Of a DNA stretch of 64,000 nucleotides, positions 18,011 through 26,896 are shown in pieces. The number at the start of each line of letters is the position of its first letter. Position 1 is the first letter of the stretch. The DNA comes from Bacillota bacterium. GTDB lineage: Bacteria; Bacillota; UBA5301. Position numbers and translations under genes: made by a program. Below the pieces are notes generated by a model that was not told the origin of the DNA, did not search any database, and saw only the letters and a list, made by a program, of their open reading frames with translations. Location of the stretch: the NCBI GenBank assembly GCA_012735535.1, contig JAAYHC010000068.1, forward strand, positions 62,282 through 126,281, read 5' to 3'.

Positions 18011-19761
18011 GAACCTACCCCCAACAAACCATCGGTAAATGACTGCAACTCCCGATACTCTGAGATGCGGCGGACTATCTGGTCGACGATATCATCACCT
18101 TCTTTGGCCCCACTGTCGGCCACCCCGAAAAACCGGTCGGCAATCTGCTTCTCCAGACTCAAGCCGCCGGCCGCAATAATGGCCTCAACGTCCCCAACCA
18201 CATCCGAAAAAAGGCGCAGCTTTTCGTCTAATAATTGTAAGACATATTCCTCAATGGTATTGGCTGCAATGAGGTTAATTATCTGCACATCATGCTGTTG
18301 CCCGAGGCGGTGCAGGCGTCCGATTCTTTGCTCAACGCGCATCGGATTCCAGGGCAAGTCATAGTTAACCAGGACATGGCAGAACTGCAAGTTGCGCCCC
18401 TCCCCACCAGACTCGGTGCTAATCATGATCTGGCTCCGTTGACGAAAATTGGCCACGGCAGCATCTTTTTCCGCCAAAGATAAACCGCCGTGAAAAATCG
18501 TAGTGTTAAAACCTTCCGCCTCCAGCCTTTGGGCCAGATAGTCTTGGGTTCGCCGAAACTCGGTAAAGACCAGTATTTTCGTTCCCATCTTGCGCGCAAT
18601 TTTAAGGAGCTGCGTAAGCTTAGCAAAGTCGTTTAGTTCGCTGCCAATGCTAATCGCCCGTTGGATGGCGGCTCGTTCGGCAGCTGGTAAGTCCCTTTCT
18701 CTGACGAGCAACTGTTCTAACGAGGCCACCGCAGCTTGCGGGGAACTACATACTTCCCGCGCCATGACAATTAAGGGCAGAATCGTCTGGCGCTTCTGGT
18801 TGCGCTGTCGGTAAACTGCGCGCAAACCACTCACCGCAGCCGCCATAAATTCTCGCTCCCCGACGGTTGGCTGGACGACTTGCGTACTCACCACGCGCTT
18901 GGGCAGCTTGAGCAGCGTTTCGCGTCGATTTGACCGCACCATCACCTGGCCAAGTAAGTTTTTTAGCTTTTCTACGTTTTTCGGCGTCCGCTTATCCAGG
19001 ACAAACTCTTGTTTGAATTCACGGAAGGTTTTGAGTTGTCCCGGTTTGAGCAAAGTGATGAGGTTATACAATTCCCGTAGATCGTTCTGGACCGGCGTCG
19101 CAGTGAGCAGCAATAAAAATGTCTTTTGTAGCCCGTTAACAAACTGCCAGTTCACCGTCGATTTATTCTTTAACTTATGGGCCTCATCAACCACGACGAG
19201 GTCATACCGGTTTTGCAACAACTTGCTGCGCTGAGGTTCTCTTTTGGCATAGTCAATTGAGACCAGTAACAGGTCTTCCTGCCAGGAAACAGAGCCATCT
19301 TGAACTTTAAACGGAATTTTCAACCTATTGACCAGTTCTTCGTACCACTGGGTAACCAATGAGGCCGGCACGAGGAGCAAGATCCGTTTGACCAAGGAGC
19401 GCAGTAAATACTCTTTCATAATTATTCCGGCCTCAATCGTTTTACCCAAACCGACCTCATCGGCCAAGACCGCGCGTCCCCGCAGCTCTCTGAGCACCTT
19501 TAGGACGGTCGCTTGCTGATGTGGGTAGAGGACTATTTCCGGTAATGCTTCCAAAGCCAAAAGCCGGTCAAAACCGGTTTGCAGTGAAAGTTTGTTTGCG
19601 GCTTGATTGAGTAAATAATGCCCGATTGAGGAGTATTCCTGCCAGACCAATTTGGCCAAGACCCGATTATTAACTTCGTTGAAATATATCTCCATTGCTG
19701 ACTTCCTCCAGGGGTAGTTTCCCCTGTTTAGCTGGGAAGATTCGGTTCGCGAAGATTCCAA
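18007..19761 (-). CDS. SNF2-family ATPase/helicase, minimal core (SNF2_N plus Helicase_C)
   Basis: Motifs LADEVGLGKT, VVVDEAHKLKN, LLLTATPVQN, STESGGEGRNLQ, QRIGRLHRLGQ. The track ORF starts with TTG at 19761. The ATG at 19695 (MEIYFNE), with a GGAGG 9 nt upstream, is the likelier start. Confidence 0.9.
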   Translation of the reverse strand: MESSRTESSQLNRGNYPWRKSAMEIYFNEVNNRVLAKLVWQEYSSIGHYLLNQAANKLSLQTGFDRLLALEALPEIVLYPHQQATVLKVLRELRGRAVLADEVGLGKTIEAGIIMKEYLLRSLVKRILLLVPASLVTQWYEELVNRLKIPFKVQDGSVSWQEDLLLVSIDYAKREPQRSKLLQNRYDLVVVDEAHKLKNKSTVNWQFVNGLQKTFLLLLTATPVQNDLRELYNLITLLKPGQLKTFREFKQEFVLDKRTPKNVEKLKNLLGQVMVRSNRRETLLKLPKRVVSTQVVQPTVGEREFMAAAVSGLRAVYRQRNQKRQTILPLIVMAREVCSSPQAAVASLEQLLVRERDLPAAERAAIQRAISIGSELNDFAKLTQLLKIARKMGTKILVFTEFRRTQDYLAQRLEAEGFNTTIFHGGLSLAEKDAAVANFRQRSQIMISTESGGEGRNLQFCHVLVNYDLPWNPMRVEQRIGRLHRLGQQHDVQIINLIAANTIEEYVLQLLDEKLRLFSDVVGDVEAIIAAGGLSLEKQIADRFFGVADSGAKEGDDIVDQIVRRISEYRELQSFTDGLLGVGS

Positions 19762-19830
19762 ATACTTGGCTGTAAAAATAAGGAGGACTGCCTTGCTAAG
19801 AAAGAGAAAGATACCAAGTCAAATCTTTTA

Positions 19831-20760
19831 GTGGAGGTTGTGTTGATGAGCAAAACCCTTAAGATGTGTCTGTTGGTTGCGCTATTTACCATTGTTTCCA
19901 TTGTTCCAGCATTCGCCGGCACATTCACCGATGAGTCAGGTCGCACTGTAACCGTTCCTGACAAGCCTGAGCGCATTGTCGCTCTTTCCCCGTGGGTAGT
20001 TGAGATTCTGTTTGCTTTAGATTATCCGCCGGTTGGCCGTCCATCTTCAGCCGTCTATCCGGAGGCGGCTCTGCAGGTAGAGGCTCATGGTACCTCTTAT
20101 CGATTGAATTACGAGCGTATCATGGCCCTCCGGCCGGATTTGATTATCGGCAACAACAATTTACATCGTGCTTTCTTGGATCAATTGGCTTCGATCAATG
20201 CCCCGGTCTTGCTATACGATATTGATAGCTATCAAGACGTACTCGAGAAGGTTACTATCCTTGGCCAAATCACCGGCCGAACCGAAGAAGCTGCCAAAAT
20301 CAATGCCGATCTTGAAGCTCGCTTAGCGAAGCTCACCAGCAAGCTTCCCAAGAAGAAGCTGACGGCGGTTGTCTTGGTGGGTAGCGCCGAGGCCTTTTCC
20401 GTAGCCAAAGGCAATAGCTATATCGGCAACCAGTTAAAAATTCTCGGTGTCGAAAATATCGGTGATCGCGGCCCCGAGCACCGACCTGGCTACACCAGGC
20501 TGAGCTTGGAGTATATCGCCCAGGCCAACCCGGATGTGATCTTCGCCGTTAAACCGGAAGTAGATCCAAATAATCCGACCTCCGCCCTTGACGGGTATGA
20601 CAAGAACCCGCTGTGGGGCAGTCTCGCTGCGGTGCAAAACGGTAGAGTTTATGAGCTCGACCCGGTCATCTCCTTTATGAATCCCGGTCCTAGAATAATC
20701 GACTCCTTAGAATTCATGGCACAGTGCCTCTATCCGGAGGTATTCACAGGTGAGAAATAA
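19831..20760 (+). CDS. ABC transporter substrate-binding lipoprotein, iron-siderophore/cobalamin (FecB/BtuF) family
   Basis: 309 aa with a signal peptide/lipobox-like N-terminus and a periplasmic-binding-protein class 8 pattern. Confidence 0.8.
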   Translation: MEVVLMSKTLKMCLLVALFTIVSIVPAFAGTFTDESGRTVTVPDKPERIVALSPWVVEILFALDYPPVGRPSSAVYPEAALQVEAHGTSYRLNYERIMALRPDLIIGNNNLHRAFLDQLASINAPVLLYDIDSYQDVLEKVTILGQITGRTEEAAKINADLEARLAKLTSKLPKKKLTAVVLVGSAEAFSVAKGNSYIGNQLKILGVENIGDRGPEHRPGYTRLSLEYIAQANPDVIFAVKPEVDPNNPTSALDGYDKNPLWGSLAAVQNGRVYELDPVISFMNPGPRIIDSLEFMAQCLYPEVFTGEK

Positions 20761-21775
20761 CAGCGTTTCCACTTTCGTCGGCCCGAAACGACGGCGGCAG
20801 TGGATAACCTTAATGGCGCTGGCGGCGATGGCCATTTTGGCTATCACCGCCAGCATAAGCATTGGTCCGGTTAGCATACCGTTTCTCAAAGTGTGGGAAT
20901 TATTGGCCAAACCCCCGGTACAATCTGATATCGCGTCGCAGATTGTCTGGAACATTAGGCTTCCGCGCACGCTAGTCGGATGCTTGGTCGGGGCTGGGTT
21001 GGCGTTATCGGGTGCCCTCTTACAAGGCGTGATGCGCAACCCATTGGCCGACCCGCATATTATTGGGGTTTCCTCCGGCGCCGGATTTGCCGCAGTAACT
21101 GCCATGATCGTCATTCCTAATTTTCCGCCTTCTTTGGTGCCCGCGGCTGCATTCGTCGGCGCAATGGCCAGCGGTGTTTTAGTCTATGCTCTGGCGTGGC
21201 GGGCCGGGGTTTCGCCGATGCGGATGATTCTGTCCGGTGTGGCCGTTTCTGCACTCATGAATGCCGGTACATCGGCCGTCTTAAACATCTTCAGCGAAAA
21301 CGTACAGTCCGTGATGAGTTGGTTGGCCGGCGGCTTGGCCGGACGCGGTTGGCATCACTGGCACCAGCTCTGGCCGTACATACTAGTAGCTGGTACAATT
21401 GCCCTCTTGACCGGCAGACAAGTAAACGTCCTGCTATTGGGAGACGAGATGGCAACCGGTTTGGGGATGCGCGTGGAACGGGTGCGAATGTTGCTGATCG
21501 GGTTGGCCTGCATTCTAGCTGCGGCCGCGGTCAGTGTATCCGGCCTCATTGGCTTTGTCGGCTTGATTGTGCCCCACATCATCCGCTTGATAGCCGGTTC
21601 CGATTACCGCTTTCTTTTGCCGGCTTCAGCGTTGGGCGGCGCTACTTTGTTGGTATTGGCCGATATTGCCGCCCGGATGGTGCTCGACCCAATTGAGTTG
21701 CCGGTCGGTATTTTGACCGCCTGCTTGGGCGCTCCATTCTTCCTCTACCTACTCAGAAGGAGGACGACACATTGA
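20750..21775 (+). CDS. ABC transporter permease, FecCD/BtuC family
   Basis: 341 aa, polytopic. Overlaps the flanking genes. Confidence 0.85.
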   Translation: MRNNSVSTFVGPKRRRQWITLMALAAMAILAITASISIGPVSIPFLKVWELLAKPPVQSDIASQIVWNIRLPRTLVGCLVGAGLALSGALLQGVMRNPLADPHIIGVSSGAGFAAVTAMIVIPNFPPSLVPAAAFVGAMASGVLVYALAWRAGVSPMRMILSGVAVSALMNAGTSAVLNIFSENVQSVMSWLAGGLAGRGWHHWHQLWPYILVAGTIALLTGRQVNVLLLGDEMATGLGMRVERVRMLLIGLACILAAAAVSVSGLIGFVGLIVPHIIRLIAGSDYRFLLPASALGGATLLVLADIAARMVLDPIELPVGILTACLGAPFFLYLLRRRTTH

Positions 21776-22554
21776 TTCTCGCAGCAAAGAACATTTCATT
21801 ATCTTACGAATCGACAATCATTGTGCCGGAACTGAGCATATTCATCGAATCCGGCGAGATTGTGACCTTCATCGGTCCTAATGGTTCCGGTAAGTCCACT
21901 ATTTTAAAAGCTTTAGCTCGCTATCTCAAAGCGCGCAGCGGGGTAGTCTACCTCAACGGCCAGGATATTCAAAGCATGTCGACGAAGAAAGTGGCTCAGC
22001 AGTTGGCGATTCTCCCGCAGACTCCCCAGGCCCCGGCCGATCTAACAGTTGTTGAGCTGGTTAGCCGCGGCCGCACACCGCACTTGAACTGGTGGCAACG
22101 CAGCGGGGCCAATGATTACGAAGTCGTCCGCTGGGCCTTAGAGCAAACCAAGACCACTCATCTGGCCGACCGCCTGGTTGGTACTCTCTCCGGTGGTGAA
22201 CGGCAACGTGCCTGGATTGCGATGGCCTTAGCCCAATCACCACAGGTTCTTTTGTTGGACGAACCAACAACTTATCTTGATATCTGCCATCAACTGGAGG
22301 TCATGGAGCTAATCAGCAGACTTAACCGTGAGCTAGGCCTCACTGTAGTCATGGTCTTGCATGATATTAACCAGGCCGCGCGGTATAGTCATCGCCTGAT
22401 CGCTCTGAAAAACGGGACCATCATCAAACAAGGCCCGCCGCAGGAGATCTTAACCGAAGAGTTATTGACTGAGGTATTCAAAGTCAAAGCGCAGGTGAAA
22501 ACCGACAGCGCCTCTGGCTGCCCGGTCTGTCTACCCTACGGCATTGTTGAGTAG
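21772..22554 (+). CDS. ABC transporter ATP-binding protein (FecE/BtuD-like)
   Basis: Walker A GPNGSGKST, signature LSGGERQR, Walker B LLLDEPT. Confidence 0.9.
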   Translation: MILAAKNISLSYESTIIVPELSIFIESGEIVTFIGPNGSGKSTILKALARYLKARSGVVYLNGQDIQSMSTKKVAQQLAILPQTPQAPADLTVVELVSRGRTPHLNWWQRSGANDYEVVRWALEQTKTTHLADRLVGTLSGGERQRAWIAMALAQSPQVLLLDEPTTYLDICHQLEVMELISRLNRELGLTVVMVLHDINQAARYSHRLIALKNGTIIKQGPPQEILTEELLTEVFKVKAQVKTDSASGCPVCLPYGIVE

Positions 22555-23925
22555 TTTTTTCAGCGAGTTGGCTAGACCCTCAGCTACCTGCCAGATGTCT
22601 CCGGCTCCCATAGTAATTACCATATCTCCAGGCTTGATCCGTTCGAGCAGATACTCGATGATCGCAGCTTTATCATCAATCTGCACCACCCGGCGCCCGG
22701 TATGCTCTGCTATTTCCGCGGCTAATTTGGCGGCGGTTACTCCGGGAATCGGGTGGTCCGGCGGCGGCGAATAAATATTGGCAATAATGGTTTCATCAGC
22801 CAAATCGAAAGCCTGGGTGAATTCTTTAAACAAATAATGTGTGCGCGAATAACGATGGGGCTGAAAAACGGCAAAGAGCTTCCGGTTCCAGCCTTCCTTA
22901 GCAGCCCGCAGAGTGGCCATGATTTCGGTCGGATGGTGGGCATAATCATCAACGATCAGAATATCGTTAACCTCCCCGATAAACTGAAAACGTCGTTTAG
23001 CCCCGTGAAACTCTCTGAGCGCACTCCGGATCGCGGGCCAGTCAACCCCAACTTGACGGGCTACCGCAATTGCCGCCAGGGCATTGGCGACATTGTGCCG
23101 TCCTGGGACACGCAGTTCAATCGACCCGACCGCTGCGCCCTTTTCGAAAACCGTAAAAGTATTCCCGCCTAACTTGTTAACCTGAACTTGGTCGGCCTGA
23201 TAGTCAGCCGCTCCAAAGCCGTAAGTGAAAACCGGGACCTCGCTGTGCGGCGTAATCTCTCGGAGTACCGGATCATCAATACAGACGATCACCAGCCCAT
23301 CCTCTTTCACGTTACGCATAAACTGAACAAAACCTTCGACTACCTGGGAAAACTGACCATTATAATTTTCGAGGTGATCGGCTTCGATATTGGATATCAC
23401 CGCAATATACGGCCGATATCTGAGAAAAGAACGGTCACTCTCATCGGCCTCGGCGACCAGATACTGACCTTCCCCCGATCGGGCTCCCCCGCCAATCTCC
23501 GCCAACTCCCCGCCGATAACCACGGTGGGGTCTAATCCGGCACGATCCAAAATTAACGCGACCATGGAGGTAATAGTTGTTTTACCGTGGGCGCCGCTAA
23601 TCGCGATCCCCTTACAGCTGTTCAACATCCTGGCCAGTAGTTCTGAGCGATGGATTACCGGAATGCCGCGTTCCTCCGCAGCAACTACTTCCGGGTTATC
23701 AGGACCGATGGCTGAAGAAATGACAACTAAATCAGGGTCAGTAAGGTTGGCTTGGTGATGGCCGATTTTCACCGATACGCCAAGCGAACTGAGATGGCGG
23801 GTGGTTGGTGTGTCGCGCAGATCCGATCCGGATACCTGCCACCCCTTCTCCACCAAGATTTTGGCCAGAGGACTCATGCCTGAACCGCCAATCCCAACTA
23901 GATGCACCCTTTGTTTCTCAGTCAC
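22531..23925 (-). CDS. murC: UDP-N-acetylmuramate--L-alanine ligase
   Basis: VHLVGIGGSGMS, GAHGKTT, EADESDRSF. GTG start at 23925. Confidence 0.9.
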   Translation of the reverse strand: MTEKQRVHLVGIGGSGMSPLAKILVEKGWQVSGSDLRDTPTTRHLSSLGVSVKIGHHQANLTDPDLVVISSAIGPDNPEVVAAEERGIPVIHRSELLARMLNSCKGIAISGAHGKTTITSMVALILDRAGLDPTVVIGGELAEIGGGARSGEGQYLVAEADESDRSFLRYRPYIAVISNIEADHLENYNGQFSQVVEGFVQFMRNVKEDGLVIVCIDDPVLREITPHSEVPVFTYGFGAADYQADQVQVNKLGGNTFTVFEKGAAVGSIELRVPGRHNVANALAAIAVARQVGVDWPAIRSALREFHGAKRRFQFIGEVNDILIVDDYAHHPTEIMATLRAAKEGWNRKLFAVFQPHRYSRTHYLFKEFTQAFDLADETIIANIYSPPPDHPIPGVTAAKLAAEIAEHTGRRVVQIDDKAAIIEYLLERIKPGDMVITMGAGDIWQVAEGLANSLKKLLNNAVG

Positions 23926-24069
23926 GGGGTACCACTCCTACTAAATAGAACTTCGCAACAATTCATTGTATTATGTCATACATGAAAGAGTTTGTGGATA
24001 ATATTGGCTGCCCCTCTATTATTCACCCTCGTAGCTTGTATCATTCTGGAGGCGGAGGTAAAAACCTGC

Positions 24070-24105
24070 CAAAAAAAATAACTTGCCCCAGCGATCAGGG
24101 CAAGT
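24070..24105 (-). terminator. rho-independent terminator downstream of spoIIP
   Basis: Hairpin acttgccc / gggcaagt followed, on the minus strand, by a run of 8 T. Confidence 0.8.
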
Positions 24106-24137
24106 AAATACATCTTGAGGGAGTTGTCGCTAAATCT

Positions 24138-24920
24138 TTAGAATGGTTCTTGAACCATGGTGGCAACCACGTTGGCCAGCAACTTAGCACTCCGTTCGGC
24201 TTGCGCCATAGTTGTTTGCGGATGACTGCCGATATAAACAGCGACGGATTGCGCATGCTTCTCCTGGTTATAGGTACCTTCTTTGAGCATTACTCCTCTG
24301 CATAAACCGGGATACATCTCCTCCATCCGGGCCTGAAGCTCATTGGCGAAAGCCAAATTTTGCGCATAATTAGGGTTATCTTTGCCGACCACCAACAGGA
24401 TTCTGGCTACATCTTGCCCATGTAAGGTGGTCGTTACTCTGCTGGCCGGAGCTGAAGCGGGCACTCCATCACGATGGAGATCGAAAATCATCTGCAGATT
24501 GCTATTAGCGCTCACGGTCGCCGCTACCGTCTCTGCAGCGTTTTCGTAGGCCACTCTGAAGACAGGATAGTCATGAACAGCCTGGGAATGGATCGTCTTA
24601 ATCCCGCGTAAACTTAACTCCTGGGCAAATATTTTACCGATCTCTACGATATCGCCGTGATCACCTTTGGCAAAGCTCTCCTTTGGCGCGTAATTTTGGC
24701 TGGTGTGAGTATGGTAGATCGCCACTAGCGGCTCGGAAACCCTAGTCACTTGGTTAACAACCGGAGGCTCCGTTTGCGTAATGACAAAATCACCACCACT
24801 ATCGCCCGGGTAAAACCCTAAATACCGAGCTCCCAATACTGCTACCACAACCAGGGCTATCAGTACAAAGAATAATCCCGATCCGTTTTTCTCGGCCTCC
24901 CAATCTTTGAACCGTGCCAT
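24138..24920 (-). CDS. spoIIP: stage II sporulation protein P (SpoIIP family)
   Basis: 260 aa with an N-terminal TM helix and a signature-like AIYHTHTSQNY. Confidence 0.7.
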   Translation of the reverse strand: MARFKDWEAEKNGSGLFFVLIALVVVAVLGARYLGFYPGDSGGDFVITQTEPPVVNQVTRVSEPLVAIYHTHTSQNYAPKESFAKGDHGDIVEIGKIFAQELSLRGIKTIHSQAVHDYPVFRVAYENAAETVAATVSANSNLQMIFDLHRDGVPASAPASRVTTTLHGQDVARILLVVGKDNPNYAQNLAFANELQARMEEMYPGLCRGVMLKEGTYNQEKHAQSVAVYIGSHPQTTMAQAERSAKLLANVVATMVQEPF

Positions 24921-24948
24921 CTGTTAGACCTCCCCCCTATTCGCCACA

Positions 24949-24977
24949 AATATATGCCGTGTCCACGGTCAATATGA
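24949..24977 (-). promoter_or_regulatory. putative sigma-E-type sporulation promoter of spoIIP
   Basis: Minus-strand TCATATT, 14 nt, CATATATT, matching the mother-cell sigma-E consensus (kmATATT ... CATACAmT). Followed by an RBS GGGGGAGG. Confidence 0.5.
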
Positions 24978-24990
24978 CGATTTTCGGGGG

Positions 24991-25018
24991 CAAAAAAAAG
25001 CCGCTCAAAGAGCGGCTT
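24991..25018 (-). terminator. rho-independent terminator downstream of the sat-like gene
   Basis: Hairpin aagccgctc / gagcggctt followed, on the minus strand, by a run of 8 T. Confidence 0.85.
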
Positions 25019-25038
25019 TAGTGCGATTAATTGCTAAA

Positions 25039-26778
25039 CTATAGTGCGGCTTCAGCCGGTTCGTCCGCCTCGGTTTCCGGCTCCTCGACATCTTTGTCGG
25101 CCCCGCGATAGCGGTAGTACGGAAGCGGGTTCCAGGTCCGGTACTGGATCTGTTTGGCATGCAGCGGCCGCGGAATATCGTTGAGCAATTCCTGGGCGAC
25201 CTCAAGTTCACGTTTAGCCTCCGCTTTGTCTTGGTACATGAACTCATCAGAGGCTTTTTCCGGAGCTCCTTCGACCTTCTCGATTAGGTCTTGAATTACC
25301 ATATGCTGCTGGCCGGCCATCAGCTCACGGGCATCGGTTACCCACTGCGGCTGGAGATCGCGATTGGAATCGGAAACATAGCAGAATTCCGCATAGGTTT
25401 CCGCGTAGATGCGATCGGCGTTCTGGCGCGCATCAAGCATCGCGGCCTCCAAATCGCGGTTGGTCAATTCAGCCGGATCGAGCGGCTTGTAGCGATAACG
25501 GCCACCTAACCGGGTAGCTGTGAGATAGAAGGGGAAAATTCCTTTAATCGTCTTGCCGACCGGATAGATGGAGTTGCCATCGGCATCCACACCTTTGGGC
25601 TGAATACCTTGCATCGCAATACGGCTGGACTCAGGACGGCAGATCTCCTTCGGTGGCATCATGCCGCGCCGCAACAGCTCTCTAATGCCGGTACCGGAAA
25701 TGGAAATTCTGAACCGCTCATCATGCGGGCAGGTCTTGACAGTAGCGAGCGAATCGCAGCGAGTGCAGTAGAAAACCTCGTGATACAAGCGAACTTGGAT
25801 ACCTAACTCTTCAGGGGTGAACTCATCAAAAATCGTATGGCAGGCGTACTTGTCGTAATAATCGCCTACACCGGCATGGTCACGGCCGATGAGAGCGTGG
25901 GTACAACCGTAATTCTTCATAATCAAGACGTGCAGTACGGCTTCGCGCGGCCCGGCGAAAATATAGGTTACCCGGAGCGGCGCCAGGGTCACTTGGCCCT
26001 TGGGATAATAGGTATCCAAGATGGCGCGATAAGCGAGAATACGGAACTCGTTACGAGTATACTCTCTCTTCGCCATCTCGACCAAAGGTTGGATGAGCAA
26101 GCCGTCAATGGTTTCGAGGGCATTCTTGTGGATGTACTCATGCCCGCGGTGTACAGGGTTGGCCCCGGTGATAAAACCGCCGACCGATTTATATTTCTTT
26201 TCCTCATAGAACAGATGCCAGGTATCTTTGGGCTCTAAGCGGAGCTTTTCAAAAGGACCCCAGTTGACCCGGCGCAACAGACGAATCGGACCGCCTAAAG
26301 AGATGTCGCCCATCCGTCTGAAGATCGCGTCAACACCCGGATGGTTTCGGTCGGTAGTACCGAACAAGCACTTGGCCCGTTCCTCCTTGTTGTACTTAAA
26401 GATGTCCTGAACCTCTAAGATGGCGATAGGCTCTTTATCCTCGTTGATGATCGCGACTTCCGAACCAACCGACAGTGACTTGATCACTTCGCTATTGCGC
26501 TGCCCTGCCGGCGCGAAGCTGAGCGGGGTCGGCCAGATCAGGCCGTTCTGCAGCCTACCGGAATACAAAACAGATTTATAATCTGCTTCATTCATAAACC
26601 CTTCGTTTGGAGAGAGAACACCGGTGGCGATCATCTCGATAGTAATCGCCGCTTCCTGATCAACCATAATTTTGGGCAATGATTGGGCCTTCTCCAATTC
26701 CCCGGCTAATTGATCTTCAGGGACAACCCGGTTTACTAATTTGCCACCATGTGGCTGTTGCGGATATTTAGAAAACAT
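25039..26778 (-). CDS. ATP sulfurylase (sulfate adenylyltransferase) family protein, divergent, with a long acidic C-terminal extension
   Basis: 579 aa with an N-terminal HGGKLVNRVV and GRDHAGVGDYY motif. The expected QTRN motif reads ITGAN (FITGANPVHRGHE). About 180 extra C-terminal residues end in EEPETEADEPAEAAL, with no P-loop. Confidence 0.7.
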   Translation of the reverse strand: MFSKYPQQPHGGKLVNRVVPEDQLAGELEKAQSLPKIMVDQEAAITIEMIATGVLSPNEGFMNEADYKSVLYSGRLQNGLIWPTPLSFAPAGQRNSEVIKSLSVGSEVAIINEDKEPIAILEVQDIFKYNKEERAKCLFGTTDRNHPGVDAIFRRMGDISLGGPIRLLRRVNWGPFEKLRLEPKDTWHLFYEEKKYKSVGGFITGANPVHRGHEYIHKNALETIDGLLIQPLVEMAKREYTRNEFRILAYRAILDTYYPKGQVTLAPLRVTYIFAGPREAVLHVLIMKNYGCTHALIGRDHAGVGDYYDKYACHTIFDEFTPEELGIQVRLYHEVFYCTRCDSLATVKTCPHDERFRISISGTGIRELLRRGMMPPKEICRPESSRIAMQGIQPKGVDADGNSIYPVGKTIKGIFPFYLTATRLGGRYRYKPLDPAELTNRDLEAAMLDARQNADRIYAETYAEFCYVSDSNRDLQPQWVTDARELMAGQQHMVIQDLIEKVEGAPEKASDEFMYQDKAEAKRELEVAQELLNDIPRPLHAKQIQYRTWNPLPYYRYRGADKDVEEPETEADEPAEAAL

Positions 26779-26896
26779 TAGATTACTCCCTCCTCAAAAA
26801 TCCTTACAAGTGTCCTAATTTAAGTCTAGAAAATACAGGCAAATCAGGCAAAGAAAAACGTTTGAACGGTCAAAAACAAGCGCTTAACTGTTGAAT

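Noticed and set aside
19762-19830. Possible cobalamin or other riboswitch upstream of the btuFCD/fecBCD-like ABC operon
   Set aside because: The divergent intergenic region is only about 70 nt and also has to hold the helicase promoter and RBS. It is too short for a B12 element, and no B12-box-like sequence was seen.
23926-24069. Possible small RNA in the 210-nt murC-spoIIP spacer
   Set aside because: Apart from the spoIIP terminator hairpin, I could not recognise a conserved structure or motif. It most likely holds the murC promoter and 5' UTR.
25005-25247. 80-aa ORF overlapping the 3' end of the sat-like gene and its terminator
   Set aside because: It is basic, of low complexity, and spans the terminator hairpin. 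It is an artefact.
26230-26778. C-terminal extension of the Sat-like protein as a fused APS kinase
   Set aside because: No P-loop (GxxGxGKS/T) or other APS-kinase motif is present in the last 180 residues.
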